Assembly: GCA_032128875.1 (NCBI GenBank)
Contig: JAVLKG010000003.1
Location: 193,008 to 257,007 of the forward strand
DNA: 64,000 nucleotides
Origin: Candidatus Melainabacteria bacterium 17Bon1m
Lineage (GTDB): Bacteria > Cyanobacteriota > Vampirovibrionia > Obscuribacterales > Obscuribacteraceae
Direction: 5' to 3'
The notes under the pieces were generated by a model. That model did not search any database. It saw nothing but the letters and a program-made list of their open reading frames with translations, and was not told the origin of the DNA. Below are positions 1 to 9,900 of this stretch, in pieces. Position numbers and translations under genes: made by a program. Position 1 is the stretch's first letter; every line of letters begins with the position of its first letter.

Positions 1-110
1 AGCGCCTCTTTGTACAACTGTTCGGTCTCATCATAATTGCCGTCTTCAAGACACACATCTGCCTGTTTCATCAATTGCTTCCAGGACAGTGCGTGCGACA
101 AAGAATTCAT
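1..110 (-). CDS. N-terminal part of a TPR-like protein (runs off the window)
   Basis: Manual translation from ATG at 110: MNSLSHALSWKQLMKQADVCLEDGNYDETEQLYKEAL, a TPR-like GxY..AE.LY..AL pattern; frame open to position 1. Confidence 0.6.
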   Translation of the reverse strand, partial: MNSLSHALSWKQLMKQADVCLEDGNYDETEQLYKEA

Positions 111-384
111 TCTGAGATGGGTATTCAGTTTTAAAGGTGGAAGACGACTCAAATACTAATGCATGCACTCCTGAGCCTAAAGTGCTTGTATCGAAATCTT
201 ATCACTGCGGATCTTCCCATTGAAGCTGATTGTGAGAGCGATTTCACGAATTCGATTGGCGACGAAGCAAGCCTTTTTGGTTCCAGACAGCTATCTAACC
301 TGGCATGCAGCAGAACCCAGCGGTGGCGGGAACTTGCGGGCTTGTGCCGCGTCCCACTCTAAGCCAAAAGAAAGTGGGAAGACG

Positions 385-1692
385 ATGAGTGAATTTATTG
401 CGCCAAAGCCTGACCCGATAACGCTCAATATTGTGAAGGCGATTGTGCCTTTGTATTTGAAGTCGGAGAATTTAGCTGTTCGCCCGAGTGAGCACTGCAT
501 CTCCGTAATTCAGTCGCAGAAAGGCATTCCAGCTGTTCTTGCGCTCAATCATATCGATAGATGCGACCCCGCTGTCGCCGCGATGCTTTCTACAATGTGC
601 GGTGAGGAGAATTACTATCTCGCTGCGCGGGAATTGTTTGACGAAAACTTCGGCATTCGTGGCTGGCTGATGCAGCATTGCGGAGTTTATTCCGTGATAC
701 GTGGATTGCCTGAGGATGCGGAGTCTCGTAAGGCGACTGTCAACCTAATTGCGGAAGGAAAGCATAAGCTTGTAATGTTTCCCGAAGGTGATGTTACAGG
801 CAGAGACGACATTATCTCGCCGCTTAAGAAAGATGGAATCAGAAATATCTTTGAAGCACAGGAAAAATCGCTGCGCATCAATGAACAGCGCGCTGTGCAT
901 GTAATACCGACTGCAATTTATTATCAGGTGCACGAGGATGCGTGGGACCCCTTGCGCAGTTGTCTGGCTCAGATTGAAGGTTGTCTGGGTATCGTCGAAA
1001 GCACCGCGCCAATTGAAATTAGAATCCAGCGCGCTGTCGAGCGCATGTTGCAACGCCTCGAAGCTAATTATGGCGTTGTTGCGGAAAAACATGCGCACGG
1101 CGCACATTCGAGTATTCAGCACAATTCGACCAGGACAAGCCTCTCAACGAACGCGCGATTGGTCAATTTGTGCCGCCACATTATAACTTCCGTGGCTAAT
1201 ATCACTGGTGCGCAGGTTCTGGAGAATCCTTCCATTCATGTGTTTCTCTACTCCGTGCGCGGCAAGCTTATAAGAATGAAGGAGGTCGTCAACGATTTGG
1301 ACGGCACCTTTGATGACCGCTTGCACGCAGAAACCATTGAGCGTCTCGATTCTTGCGATCGCGATTTGGAGCGCGTGCAAAACTTGCTTATTCTTGCTTC
1401 CACTCTGCATCAGAAACCCCGCACGCTGGATGTTTTGTGGCGAATTATCGATAGGTTGGAGAACCTTGTGCTTGGGCGTGTTTCTGCTAAAGGGCATCGC
1501 ACCGCCTGGATTGAAGCCGGAGAGCCCATTAGTTTGATACGCCGCAGCAGAGACTATAGAGTGCACCCTACAACTGCTGTTGAGCGTGCGGAAAAACGCA
1601 TTCGCGCCGCCATGCAGGCTGTCCTGGATGACCTGAAAAAACCTCAAGAGGGCGAGAAGAAGCCGGCGCAAGCAGACGAGAAAGCTTCCTAA
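385..1692 (+). CDS. PlsC-family phospholipid/glycerol acyltransferase with C-terminal extension
   Basis: NHIDRCD (NHx4D) and FPEG motifs; ATG 385 preferred over the TTG at 220. Confidence 0.85.
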   Translation: MSEFIAPKPDPITLNIVKAIVPLYLKSENLAVRPSEHCISVIQSQKGIPAVLALNHIDRCDPAVAAMLSTMCGEENYYLAARELFDENFGIRGWLMQHCGVYSVIRGLPEDAESRKATVNLIAEGKHKLVMFPEGDVTGRDDIISPLKKDGIRNIFEAQEKSLRINEQRAVHVIPTAIYYQVHEDAWDPLRSCLAQIEGCLGIVESTAPIEIRIQRAVERMLQRLEANYGVVAEKHAHGAHSSIQHNSTRTSLSTNARLVNLCRHIITSVANITGAQVLENPSIHVFLYSVRGKLIRMKEVVNDLDGTFDDRLHAETIERLDSCDRDLERVQNLLILASTLHQKPRTLDVLWRIIDRLENLVLGRVSAKGHRTAWIEAGEPISLIRRSRDYRVHPTTAVERAEKRIRAAMQAVLDDLKKPQEGEKKPAQADEKAS

Positions 1693-1699
1693 TTCAAAC

Positions 1700-3091
1700 C
1701 TAACTATCGATCATCTTGCCGCAAGGCTTTGGCATGAAGAATGACACGACTGTGCCGAGCAAAAAGATGCCCGCAACTGACGATGCTGCCATCGCGTATG
1801 AACCGCCAAACACCTTGATGAGCTCGCCGCTAATCAATGTCGCAACTGCAGCAACAATTCTTCCAACGTTATATGTGACACCAAAGGCGGTGCTGCGCAT
1901 GCGGGTGGCGTACAGCTCGGGAATGTAACCCCAGAGCAGTACGAAAGGCACGTGGGCAAAGAAACCTACGGCAAAAATGAACGGGAAGATCATCGGCGTG
2001 AATGATTTGAACGACATAAACATTCCGACCGTCGCGATAAACGCGAGTGCAAATGTCCAGCCCATGCATTTTCTGTAGCCAAGTTTTGTGATGATTAATC
2101 CGCCCAACAGACCGGACATAATCATTCCGATGTCTTTGAAGAACATTACGTGACTGCGCTGTTCGATTGCCAGGTCGCCGGTTATCTGATTGATCCAGGA
2201 AGGAATCCACGATAAAACCGCCCACCATGCGATGATTGCGCAGCTCGTGAGGGCGGAAACGATGCATGTTTTACGGAGATTTTCTTTCGAGACAAGTGAC
2301 TTGAACGCCGATTTCAGCAGTTCGTGCTGTTCTTCAGTGCGTTCGGTGTGATGAACTTGCAAAGCTTCTGCTCTGAGCTCTTGCACCCGATTAAAGTGTT
2401 CAGGCTCTTTGAGTTTTGACCGAATGTAGAGAGTGAGGAAGGCCGGCATGATGCCTGCGACGAAAAGCCAGCGCCATCCAAAACCACCGATGAGCAGGTT
2501 GAGGCTAGCTGTAAGCAGATAGCCGCAGCCCAGCGAAGTAGCCATGATGCCGACAGCATGGATGCGCGACTTCTTCGGCCAGCATTCTGAGAGAAACACA
2601 GCGCCAATGCCCATCTCGCCACCAATTCCGGCGCCGACGAGAAAACGGTACAAGCCCATTTCCCACCAGCTGTGGGCGGTTGCGCAGAGCCCTGTGCATA
2701 GCGCGTAGACGAGAATTGTCAGTGTAAGGGTCTTTGCTCTGCCTATTTTGTCAGCGAGCGCGCCGAAGAATGCTGCGCCGATTGCCCAGCCGACCAGGAA
2801 GAGCGCGATAACGTAAGACCCATAAACGCCAACTTCGGATGGCGATTTTGAGCCAATCAGCTCAGACATCGCCGGAAAGAGGACCATTGCAAAAATAGAT
2901 GAATCGAAGCCGTCAAAGACTCCGCCCAACCACGTCGCCAGCAGTACGTGCCAGGGCTTTGGACCGTCTTCGTTGACCGGTTGATGCTCTTGGAGCTGAA
3001 CTGCCTGTGTCACTTTGTTCTCTTCCTGTGCTGCAGGGGGTGATTCGAGAACCGAACTTGTTGCGCCTTCTATTTTTAATCCGCCAGCCAT
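1700..3091 (-). CDS. MFS transporter (aromatic acid/sialate-like)
   Basis: About 12 hydrophobic helices, DGFD, GALADKIGRAK motif A, ELYATRMRSTA. Confidence 0.9.
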   Translation of the reverse strand: MAGGLKIEGATSSVLESPPAAQEENKVTQAVQLQEHQPVNEDGPKPWHVLLATWLGGVFDGFDSSIFAMVLFPAMSELIGSKSPSEVGVYGSYVIALFLVGWAIGAAFFGALADKIGRAKTLTLTILVYALCTGLCATAHSWWEMGLYRFLVGAGIGGEMGIGAVFLSECWPKKSRIHAVGIMATSLGCGYLLTASLNLLIGGFGWRWLFVAGIMPAFLTLYIRSKLKEPEHFNRVQELRAEALQVHHTERTEEQHELLKSAFKSLVSKENLRKTCIVSALTSCAIIAWWAVLSWIPSWINQITGDLAIEQRSHVMFFKDIGMIMSGLLGGLIITKLGYRKCMGWTFALAFIATVGMFMSFKSFTPMIFPFIFAVGFFAHVPFVLLWGYIPELYATRMRSTAFGVTYNVGRIVAAVATLISGELIKVFGGSYAMAASSVAGIFLLGTVVSFFMPKPCGKMIDS

Positions 3092-3432
3092 GACGTGACT
3101 CCTTGGGAGGAAATTCCGGGCTTCCTGGTTGGACTTTGGCAGGCAAAAACGCCGCCTGCGCTAGGCGAGGGGGTCTTATAGTAGTAAATAGCCAGGATCT
3201 ACGTATTAAATAAATCCTCTATATGCAAATCCGCCGCTGGCAGGTTGAGGTGGGGCGGCGGTGTTCTGGCGCCCGCATTAGGGCCGCGAAACTCTCTGGG
3301 TTTTGGGGAATTTTGAAAGGTTTCCTCCACCAAAAAATTGCTGTCGCAAAATCTCACGTCATTTTTATGCAGTGAAAGGCAAAGTGAAAGCATCCCCTTT
3401 GGCCCTCCCTTTCACACAGCAGGTACTACTCT

Positions 3433-3960
3433 ATGTTTAGAGATAACTTCGACGTCGCCGAATCCACCGCTAAAGCTCCTAGAGAAACCTCAGCGCTTAG
3501 CAGTGATGCTGATTTGAGCCAATATTCATCGTTAGTCGGCAACGGCAAGAAATTAGACACTGACAAATTAGGGATCGCTGGCGACACCGAGCTGCTCATG
3601 GCGTTGAATGACCAACGCGAAGCGTCGGACGACCAAAGCCAATCTGGCTTAGATAGTCATTCTCAAGAGATTGCAAAGCTGTTGAAAGGCGCATCGCCGG
3701 AAGATGCCGCTGAGGCCTTTGCCGACTACATTGACCAGAATGGTGATGCCATGTATGCAGCAGCTGAAGCGGCTGATCCTAATGATCCTCTAGGCTGTCT
3801 CGAAAGTCAGTTAAATCAAGAACTTAAAGACACCGACTATACGGCCTACGGTGACCGACAAGCGGCGGAGTTGTCTCTCTATAGCAAGGGCGGCGATTTC
3901 ATAACAAATGTTCCAATAGGTCCATCGAACTCTGATATGTTCGGAATTCCCAAAAACTAA
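3433..3960 (+). CDS. Acidic hypothetical protein
   Basis: 175-aa ORF with CAGGT SD-like sequence and a downstream terminator hairpin. Confidence 0.7.
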   Translation: MFRDNFDVAESTAKAPRETSALSSDADLSQYSSLVGNGKKLDTDKLGIAGDTELLMALNDQREASDDQSQSGLDSHSQEIAKLLKGASPEDAAEAFADYIDQNGDAMYAAAEAADPNDPLGCLESQLNQELKDTDYTAYGDRQAAELSLYSKGGDFITNVPIGPSNSDMFGIPKN

Positions 3961-4003
3961 ATGGGATTGCCGCCTACCTAATACGCAGACTTACGCAAAG
4001 GGA

Positions 4004-4033
4004 ACCGCCGCCTGGATTATTCCAAGCGGCGGT
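4004..4033 (+). terminator. Probable intrinsic terminator hairpin
   Basis: accgccgcctgga-ttat-tccaagcggcggt inverted repeat downstream of 3960. Confidence 0.55.
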
Positions 4034-4244
4034 AATGCGTTGTGTTTGGTCCGAGAAATGATTTCGCGTGTACATATGCCCAAAAGGTTGGAGTCCACAC
4101 GGAAGCCTGAAGACGCCGCCGCGAAAAGTTATGTTCCCGAAGGCTTGGTCTGCCCTTTTCTCTTGGTTATTGGTTCGTATTGAACGGTCTATACGCTAAT
4201 CTTGCAAACTGGTACGTTCTGCTGATTCAATAGACGCGGATTAA

Positions 4245-5765
4245 TTGGACTCGCGTTTGATACTGACAAGCTCTGCCAGCAAAACACAGACAAAATCGAG
4301 ACAGCGCTTTGCATGTTTTGCAAAGATTGTCTCGCTCGCATTGAGCTTGCAGATTGTTTTCGCTTCTACTTACACTACTGCAGCGTTTTCATATTCGCCA
4401 GAAATAACTGCTGAAGAAGCGCATGTAGAAGAGGTCACCAACGAGATTTTTCACAAGTTGGTTGCTTTGGAGCGGTACTACCTGCAGTATCGCAAGATTG
4501 GCACTGCTACTCCGAAGTTGAGGCGCATTCGATATTTCCTTGCGCAGGTCGCGTCCAGTTCTACGACGATGGCGTCGAACATTATGCTCACCGACGTTGC
4601 GCGAAAAGGTTTGAAAGACAACAAAATTACTAACTTCGGTCGCGGCGATGGAGATGTGGATCCCCCGGGCACTTCTGCGCCGACGTCTGGTATTGCTAAC
4701 ACCAACGGTGAGGTACGCCGTGCTCTTGTTCTGGCGATCATCGGTACGGTCCTGGGTCCCGGAAGCTCACTGATGGAGCTTTGTTCGAACGGTTATACTG
4801 CGGCAAAAAACGTAAAACAAGGAAAGAATCCCGCAACCGCGGTGAAAAACGTCCAAGCGCGACTGAAGGAGATCGACGCGCTCATGGAGGAGCGCAGGAG
4901 TTTTCTTGACGCGCATCCCGAATTGCGTGCTCTTGCAATCAACAAAGCAGAGCATGCGGTTCTACACGCTTTTCGCGATTGGTGCGTTGCTGAATTTGTC
5001 GAAATTTATTCTGATGTGAAGGCGGGTCAAAGGGGGGCGAATGTCTACTATGCTCTCGATGCGACCAATGGTAGTTTGGGGTTGACCGGACAAATTCTCG
5101 GTTTGAAGTCAACGTATCCGAATTACGACCATCTTGCTGGCCCGTCTGCGACGGTCTCGGTGGTAGGTGATGCTTTCAGCTTGATTAGCGCGCCTGCAAG
5201 TGCGTACGCCGGTAAAAAGTTCAAAGCCCACTACAAGAAAATTGCGCAAAATACCTTCAAAGATCATTTGAAACTTGGTGAAGTTGAAGCGAAAGCTTCA
5301 ATGGCGCAGCTTCGAAAGATTGTTGATTTTGCCGACCCGCTGGCTGCTTCTGCGTCCACTGACGTAGAATCGCGCATGGCCGGCTATTTGATGTGGTCAG
5401 TCAGGTCTCACGATATTATTGCTCGAGAAGAAGTCGAACTTTCTCACCGCAGTAAAGTTGCTCATCAAGGTCAGCGCATTGGACCTTTGATTGCCGGAAG
5501 CGGAATGGCGCAAGATATCCTGGCTGACATTGCTTTCTACGGCTATCCGAATAACGAGCGCCGCGGTGCAAGTCTTGCCTACGCGGGCGGTATTTCAGCG
5601 ACGAGCGGCAACGCTGCAGCGCTCGCGTACACCAACTATAATTTCGTTAGCGAATATCTGTACAGGCGAAAACTGCGTAGTCAGCGGCTGCTTCCTCAGC
5701 AGCTACTAGATGAGCGGCTGCGTCTGCTGGACCAAGTTGACTTGATGTTGCCAAAAGGAAAATAG
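4245..5765 (+). CDS. Hypothetical exported, mainly helical protein
   Basis: 506-aa ORF, N-terminal signal-like hydrophobic stretch, several Gly/Ala-rich hydrophobic segments; 2 nt from galM. Confidence 0.7.
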   Translation: MDSRLILTSSASKTQTKSRQRFACFAKIVSLALSLQIVFASTYTTAAFSYSPEITAEEAHVEEVTNEIFHKLVALERYYLQYRKIGTATPKLRRIRYFLAQVASSSTTMASNIMLTDVARKGLKDNKITNFGRGDGDVDPPGTSAPTSGIANTNGEVRRALVLAIIGTVLGPGSSLMELCSNGYTAAKNVKQGKNPATAVKNVQARLKEIDALMEERRSFLDAHPELRALAINKAEHAVLHAFRDWCVAEFVEIYSDVKAGQRGANVYYALDATNGSLGLTGQILGLKSTYPNYDHLAGPSATVSVVGDAFSLISAPASAYAGKKFKAHYKKIAQNTFKDHLKLGEVEAKASMAQLRKIVDFADPLAASASTDVESRMAGYLMWSVRSHDIIAREEVELSHRSKVAHQGQRIGPLIAGSGMAQDILADIAFYGYPNNERRGASLAYAGGISATSGNAAALAYTNYNFVSEYLYRRKLRSQRLLPQQLLDERLRLLDQVDLMLPKGK

Positions 5766-5767
5766 AA

Positions 5768-6820
5768 ATGAACGCTGTTTGCACGGAAAGAGAGTTCGGA
5801 ACAATGCCTTCAGGTGAGAAGGTGTCGCTGTTCGAGTTGAAAAACTCCCGCGGAATGGTTGCTCGTGTCACCAATTACGGTGCCATTCTGACTGAGCTTC
5901 ATGTGCCGGACAAAAACGGAAAAGTTGCAAATGTTGTTCTTGGGTTTGATGCGTTTGCGCCGTATTTGGCTAAGCACCCACACTTTGGTGGAACGATTGG
6001 CCGCTATGCGAATCGCATTGCGGGTGGCACTTTTGATCTGGATGGAGAAACCTACACGCTCGCGAAAAACAATGGCGAGAATTGTTTGCATGGTGGAATC
6101 AAGGGTTTTGATAAGCAATTGTGGAAGGTCGAGAGCGCAGGCGAGTCGGTAAAACTGTCGTATTTTAGTGCTGATATGGAAGAGGGATTTCCTGGAAATC
6201 TGACGGTACATTTGACGTACACGTTGACAGAAAACAACGCTTTGCGAATGGAATATCGTGCCACCACCGACAAAGCTACGCCGATCAATTTCACCAACCA
6301 CACGTATTTCAATCTTAAGGGCGCTGGCAATGGTGATGTTCTCGATCACGAACTTCAGCTAAACGCGGACCAGTACACCCCTTTTAATGAGAAGCAAATA
6401 CCCACTGGAGATGTGGCTTCGGTTGAAGGTACTGCGCTAGACTTCCGCAACTTGCATCCGGTGAAAGACCGAATTGCGGAAGTTGACTTTGGTGGCTACG
6501 ACCACAATTTTGTTTTGCGCGGTTCTGATGGAAAAGCTAAGGGAAACAGTGGTGAATTGACCGTTGCTGCAGTGGTATTTGAACCTGTTTCAGGACGAAA
6601 ACTTACCGTGCATACGACTGAACCCGGTATTCAAATTTATACCGGCAACAGTCTGAATGGTTCCGTCACTGGGCTCGGCGGCGCATACCAAAAGTATTAC
6701 GCCATCTGCACAGAGACGCAGCATTACCCTGATTCCATGCACCATCCGCAATTCCCCAACGTCATTCTCAGACCCGGCGAAGAATATCGTCAGACGACGA
6801 TTTTTGATTTCGGCGCGTAA
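5768..6820 (+). CDS. galM: Aldose 1-epimerase (galactose mutarotase)
   Basis: GRYANRI, LHGG, NFTNHTYFNL, GYDHNF and ETQHYPD motifs. Confidence 0.95.
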   Translation: MNAVCTEREFGTMPSGEKVSLFELKNSRGMVARVTNYGAILTELHVPDKNGKVANVVLGFDAFAPYLAKHPHFGGTIGRYANRIAGGTFDLDGETYTLAKNNGENCLHGGIKGFDKQLWKVESAGESVKLSYFSADMEEGFPGNLTVHLTYTLTENNALRMEYRATTDKATPINFTNHTYFNLKGAGNGDVLDHELQLNADQYTPFNEKQIPTGDVASVEGTALDFRNLHPVKDRIAEVDFGGYDHNFVLRGSDGKAKGNSGELTVAAVVFEPVSGRKLTVHTTEPGIQIYTGNSLNGSVTGLGGAYQKYYAICTETQHYPDSMHHPQFPNVILRPGEEYRQTTIFDFGA

Positions 6821-6835
6821 TTTCGATTTTTCTTT

Positions 6836-6930
6836 GTAAGGGAAGCGCATGCGCTTCCCTTGCAGGGAGCCGCATGCGGCTCCCCTACGGCATGGTTAAA
6901 GCCAGCGCATGCGGCTCAGCTATGGCATGG
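6836..6930. repeat. REP-like palindrome cluster
   Basis: gggaagcgcatgcgcttccc and gggagccgcatgcggctcccctac between convergent genes. Confidence 0.8.
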
Positions 6931-6931
6931 T

Positions 6932-8245
6932 TTAAGCCAGCACCTGCGCGGCTACTTTCTTGAACGCGGCGATGATGTCTTCGACATCTTTGTCGGTAAG
7001 TGTCGAAGCGATTGCCAGCATCGCGCTGCGCTCTGCTAGCTCGTCGCACTTCGGCAGCGTTCCTTTCTCATACGAAATGGATTTGCCGAATTCGTTCGAC
7101 GGATGGGTCCACGGGAATCCATCTGCCGAGATAGAGCGCTTCTTCACGAGGCTCGGGTTGTTGTAATACCAGTGCATACCCCAGTCCGACATCGGAATAC
7201 AGGTCAAGCTGCCGTCCGGTCCTTTGATACCTTCAGCTTGCAGTGCTTTGGTGAATTCCAAGCACTTCTCTTTGGACGGATACATCGTAATGAGGAAAGG
7301 TCCGCTGTCGCCATCCGGATCGATGATGTTGCGGAATTCGAGACCGGGCGTTCCTTCCAGAGCACGGCGGATTTTCCACTTCGCTGTGCGCATGGCACCA
7401 GTGATTTTGTCGAGCTTTCCAAGCTGTGCCAGGAGCATCGCCCCTGCCAACTCGTTCAATCTGCAACCGAATCCCCACATCTGGAAATTCTCGTCGTTGG
7501 GCATCAAGCGACCTTCGTTGCTTCTTGCATATCCCAAGTCGTGAATGGCGACGCAGCGCTTGTACAGCGTGTCGTCGTCGCACAAGATCAAGCCGCCTTC
7601 GCCGCTTGTGATGTTTTTGTTCAATTGAAAACTGAAGATCGCAATGTCACCGTGGCTGCCGGCGGGTTTTCCATTTTGGCTGGAGCCACAAGCTTGTGCG
7701 CAATCTTCGAGAACTTTGACGCCCTTCTCGTGCGCGATTTTTGTGATTTTTTCGATGTGACCGGGCGCGCCGCTCATGTTGACTACGAGCACTGCCTTGG
7801 TCTTTGGACCGATTTTGGCAGCCATGTCATTTGGGTCCATGCAGAAGGTTTCGTCAATGTCGACGAGTTTTGGAATAGCTCCTTGCAGCACTATCGCGCC
7901 AATGCAGCTCACCCACATGTAGCCGGGGAGCAATACTTCATCGCCAGGTCCAACATTAAATGCAGCCAGCGCGATACGCAGCGCCGCTGTTCCGCTCGAA
8001 ACACCCAGCGCGTGCTTGCGATTCCAGCGCGTGGTGAATGTTTCTTCGACCTTAGCCACCATCTGTTGGCTGTCGAGTCCGTAGAAGCGGAATGGGCTCT
8101 GCGCCTTAACCACTTTGCTGACAAGGTCGAGTTCTTCATCAGCGATCCAGTGAGCACCAGGCAATTCCCAAGGCAGCGGTGCTTTGCGAACCGGCTCGCC
8201 ACCATTGATGGCAAGTACTGCTTCACTCTCTTTGACTTTGGTCAT
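6932..8245 (-). CDS. DegT/DnrJ/EryC1/StrS PLP-dependent sugar aminotransferase
   Basis: SSGTAAL, EDCAQA, FSFQLNKNITSGEGG (PLP lysine); ATG 8245 with CAGGAG SD. Confidence 0.92.
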   Translation of the reverse strand: MTKVKESEAVLAINGGEPVRKAPLPWELPGAHWIADEELDLVSKVVKAQSPFRFYGLDSQQMVAKVEETFTTRWNRKHALGVSSGTAALRIALAAFNVGPGDEVLLPGYMWVSCIGAIVLQGAIPKLVDIDETFCMDPNDMAAKIGPKTKAVLVVNMSGAPGHIEKITKIAHEKGVKVLEDCAQACGSSQNGKPAGSHGDIAIFSFQLNKNITSGEGGLILCDDDTLYKRCVAIHDLGYARSNEGRLMPNDENFQMWGFGCRLNELAGAMLLAQLGKLDKITGAMRTAKWKIRRALEGTPGLEFRNIIDPDGDSGPFLITMYPSKEKCLEFTKALQAEGIKGPDGSLTCIPMSDWGMHWYYNNPSLVKKRSISADGFPWTHPSNEFGKSISYEKGTLPKCDELAERSAMLAIASTLTDKDVEDIIAAFKKVAAQVLA

Positions 8246-8391
8246 CGCTTCGCTCCTGTGGATGGGCGGAAATTGCCCCGCTTCGCGCCGGACAACTGGA
8301 ATTGGGTGCATAGTATACTGCATGCTCGTGCGCGCGAAATCGGTTTTTAATCGTTGCGATTGCAGTTTCATCTGTAGCCTGGAGAATACGA

Positions 8392-9900
8392 ATGCTTGCG
8401 TCCGTTCTTGAAAGTGATATCGAATTCGTTGTGAAAGGTGCGGACAAAGTTGATTACTTTGTCATCGGCAGCGGCACGGCAGGCGTTACAAGCGCGCTGG
8501 AGCTAGCAAAAGGCGGATTCAACGTTGTCATCATCGAAGCAGGACCGTTCATCACCGCCAATCACGTCGGCACCTCGCCGTTTCGCAGCCAGCCGGAAAT
8601 TGTGCCCAAGATTCACGGATTGGTGAAGTATGAAACCGCTTGGGTGCCCGAAGAGAGCTTCAACTGTCGCGACACTAATCCCTATGTTTCCAACAACACC
8701 GCCTGGTCTTTGGTGGGTGGTCGGACCGTTTTCTGGGGAGGATGCGCGCCGCGTTTTATCGACAGCGATTTTGAGCATTGGCCTTTTAGCTACAAGGATT
8801 TCGCGCCGTACTACGATGAAGCCGAGGAGATGATTCACGTCTCTGGCACAGCGCCGACGCGCCCGCCATTCATTCGCAGCGACTGGCAGACTCTCGCAAT
8901 GGAGCGCTTGAATCGAAACGGATTCAAAGCGATGCATGCGCCGGTGAGTGTTGATACGAATAATGTGGCCAACGGTTATATCTCTCAGGGATTTGACAGC
9001 TCGGTTGCGCGGTTGTTGCGCAGCGGAAGGCTTGTTCAATTTGGCGAGAAACAGGGTGTGAGCCTGGTGGCGAACACCTGCGTGACGAAGATTGAGGGTG
9101 ACAATGGAAAAGTCACCAAGCTTCATTTGCTGCAACCCGCGAGCGGGAAACTTTATGAAGTTACGCCGAAGAATGTCATTCTGGCGTGTGGTGGAATTCA
9201 ATCGACGCGACTTGTGATGTCGTCTGGTTTGGAAAAAGACAGCGATGTATTAGGCAAATACATTGGCGACCACATTTTTGTGCAAGGGCTGATGCGTTTG
9301 AAAAAGCCGCTTGGACTTCCGCTTTATATTCTCATTCACGCAACGCAGAAGATGCCGTTTCAAGTCCAAATCCAAGGTTCGTTCGAAGCTGATTGGTATA
9401 GCCCATATCACTCGACCGTTTGGCTGGATCACCAATCGAATGGTTTGAACGTTCTTTTCTACTGCTTCGGTATCGCAACTGTTGAGAAGAACAACCGCGT
9501 TGCGCTATTGGACGACGCCGGTTGCAAACGCGGTGGCGCCAGCAATTACTGCGTCATTTACGATCGCAGCGAGCAAGACAAACTTTTGATCAAACAAATG
9601 ATGGATAGCATGCCTGAGGTTGCAAAACAACTCGATGCCGAAGTTATTCGCATTCAGGAAAACCCGCCGGGAAGCGCGTTGCACGAGATTGGAGGATTGC
9701 GCATGGGCGACGATCCAAACACCAGCATCACAGATCAATACGGTAGATTTTGGCGCTACAAAAATCTCTATTCTGCTGATTCAAGCACGTGGAGAAACCA
9801 GGGCGCCGCAAATCCATATCTGACGATCACCGCATACGCATTGCGCGTTGCGCGTAAGCTCGTGGCAGAAAAACGCGCGAGTCTGTCGGTGAGTTCATGA
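8392..9900 (+). CDS. GMC-family FAD oxidoreductase
   Basis: VIGSGTAG dinucleotide fold, VGGRTVFWGG, HEIGGLRMG, NPYLTI. Confidence 0.9.
   Translation: MLASVLESDIEFVVKGADKVDYFVIGSGTAGVTSALELAKGGFNVVIIEAGPFITANHVGTSPFRSQPEIVPKIHGLVKYETAWVPEESFNCRDTNPYVSNNTAWSLVGGRTVFWGGCAPRFIDSDFEHWPFSYKDFAPYYDEAEEMIHVSGTAPTRPPFIRSDWQTLAMERLNRNGFKAMHAPVSVDTNNVANGYISQGFDSSVARLLRSGRLVQFGEKQGVSLVANTCVTKIEGDNGKVTKLHLLQPASGKLYEVTPKNVILACGGIQSTRLVMSSGLEKDSDVLGKYIGDHIFVQGLMRLKKPLGLPLYILIHATQKMPFQVQIQGSFEADWYSPYHSTVWLDHQSNGLNVLFYCFGIATVEKNNRVALLDDAGCKRGGASNYCVIYDRSEQDKLLIKQMMDSMPEVAKQLDAEVIRIQENPPGSALHEIGGLRMGDDPNTSITDQYGRFWRYKNLYSADSSTWRNQGAANPYLTITAYALRVARKLVAEKRASLSVSS

Noticed and set aside
3985-4035. Possible c-di-GMP riboswitch (cgcaaag)
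   Set aside because: Lacks the GGCAAAC stem and tetraloop/receptor arrangement; the hairpin fits a terminator
7103-8350. 415-aa plus-strand ORF
   Set aside because: Antisense shadow of the clearly conserved aminotransferase; no motifs
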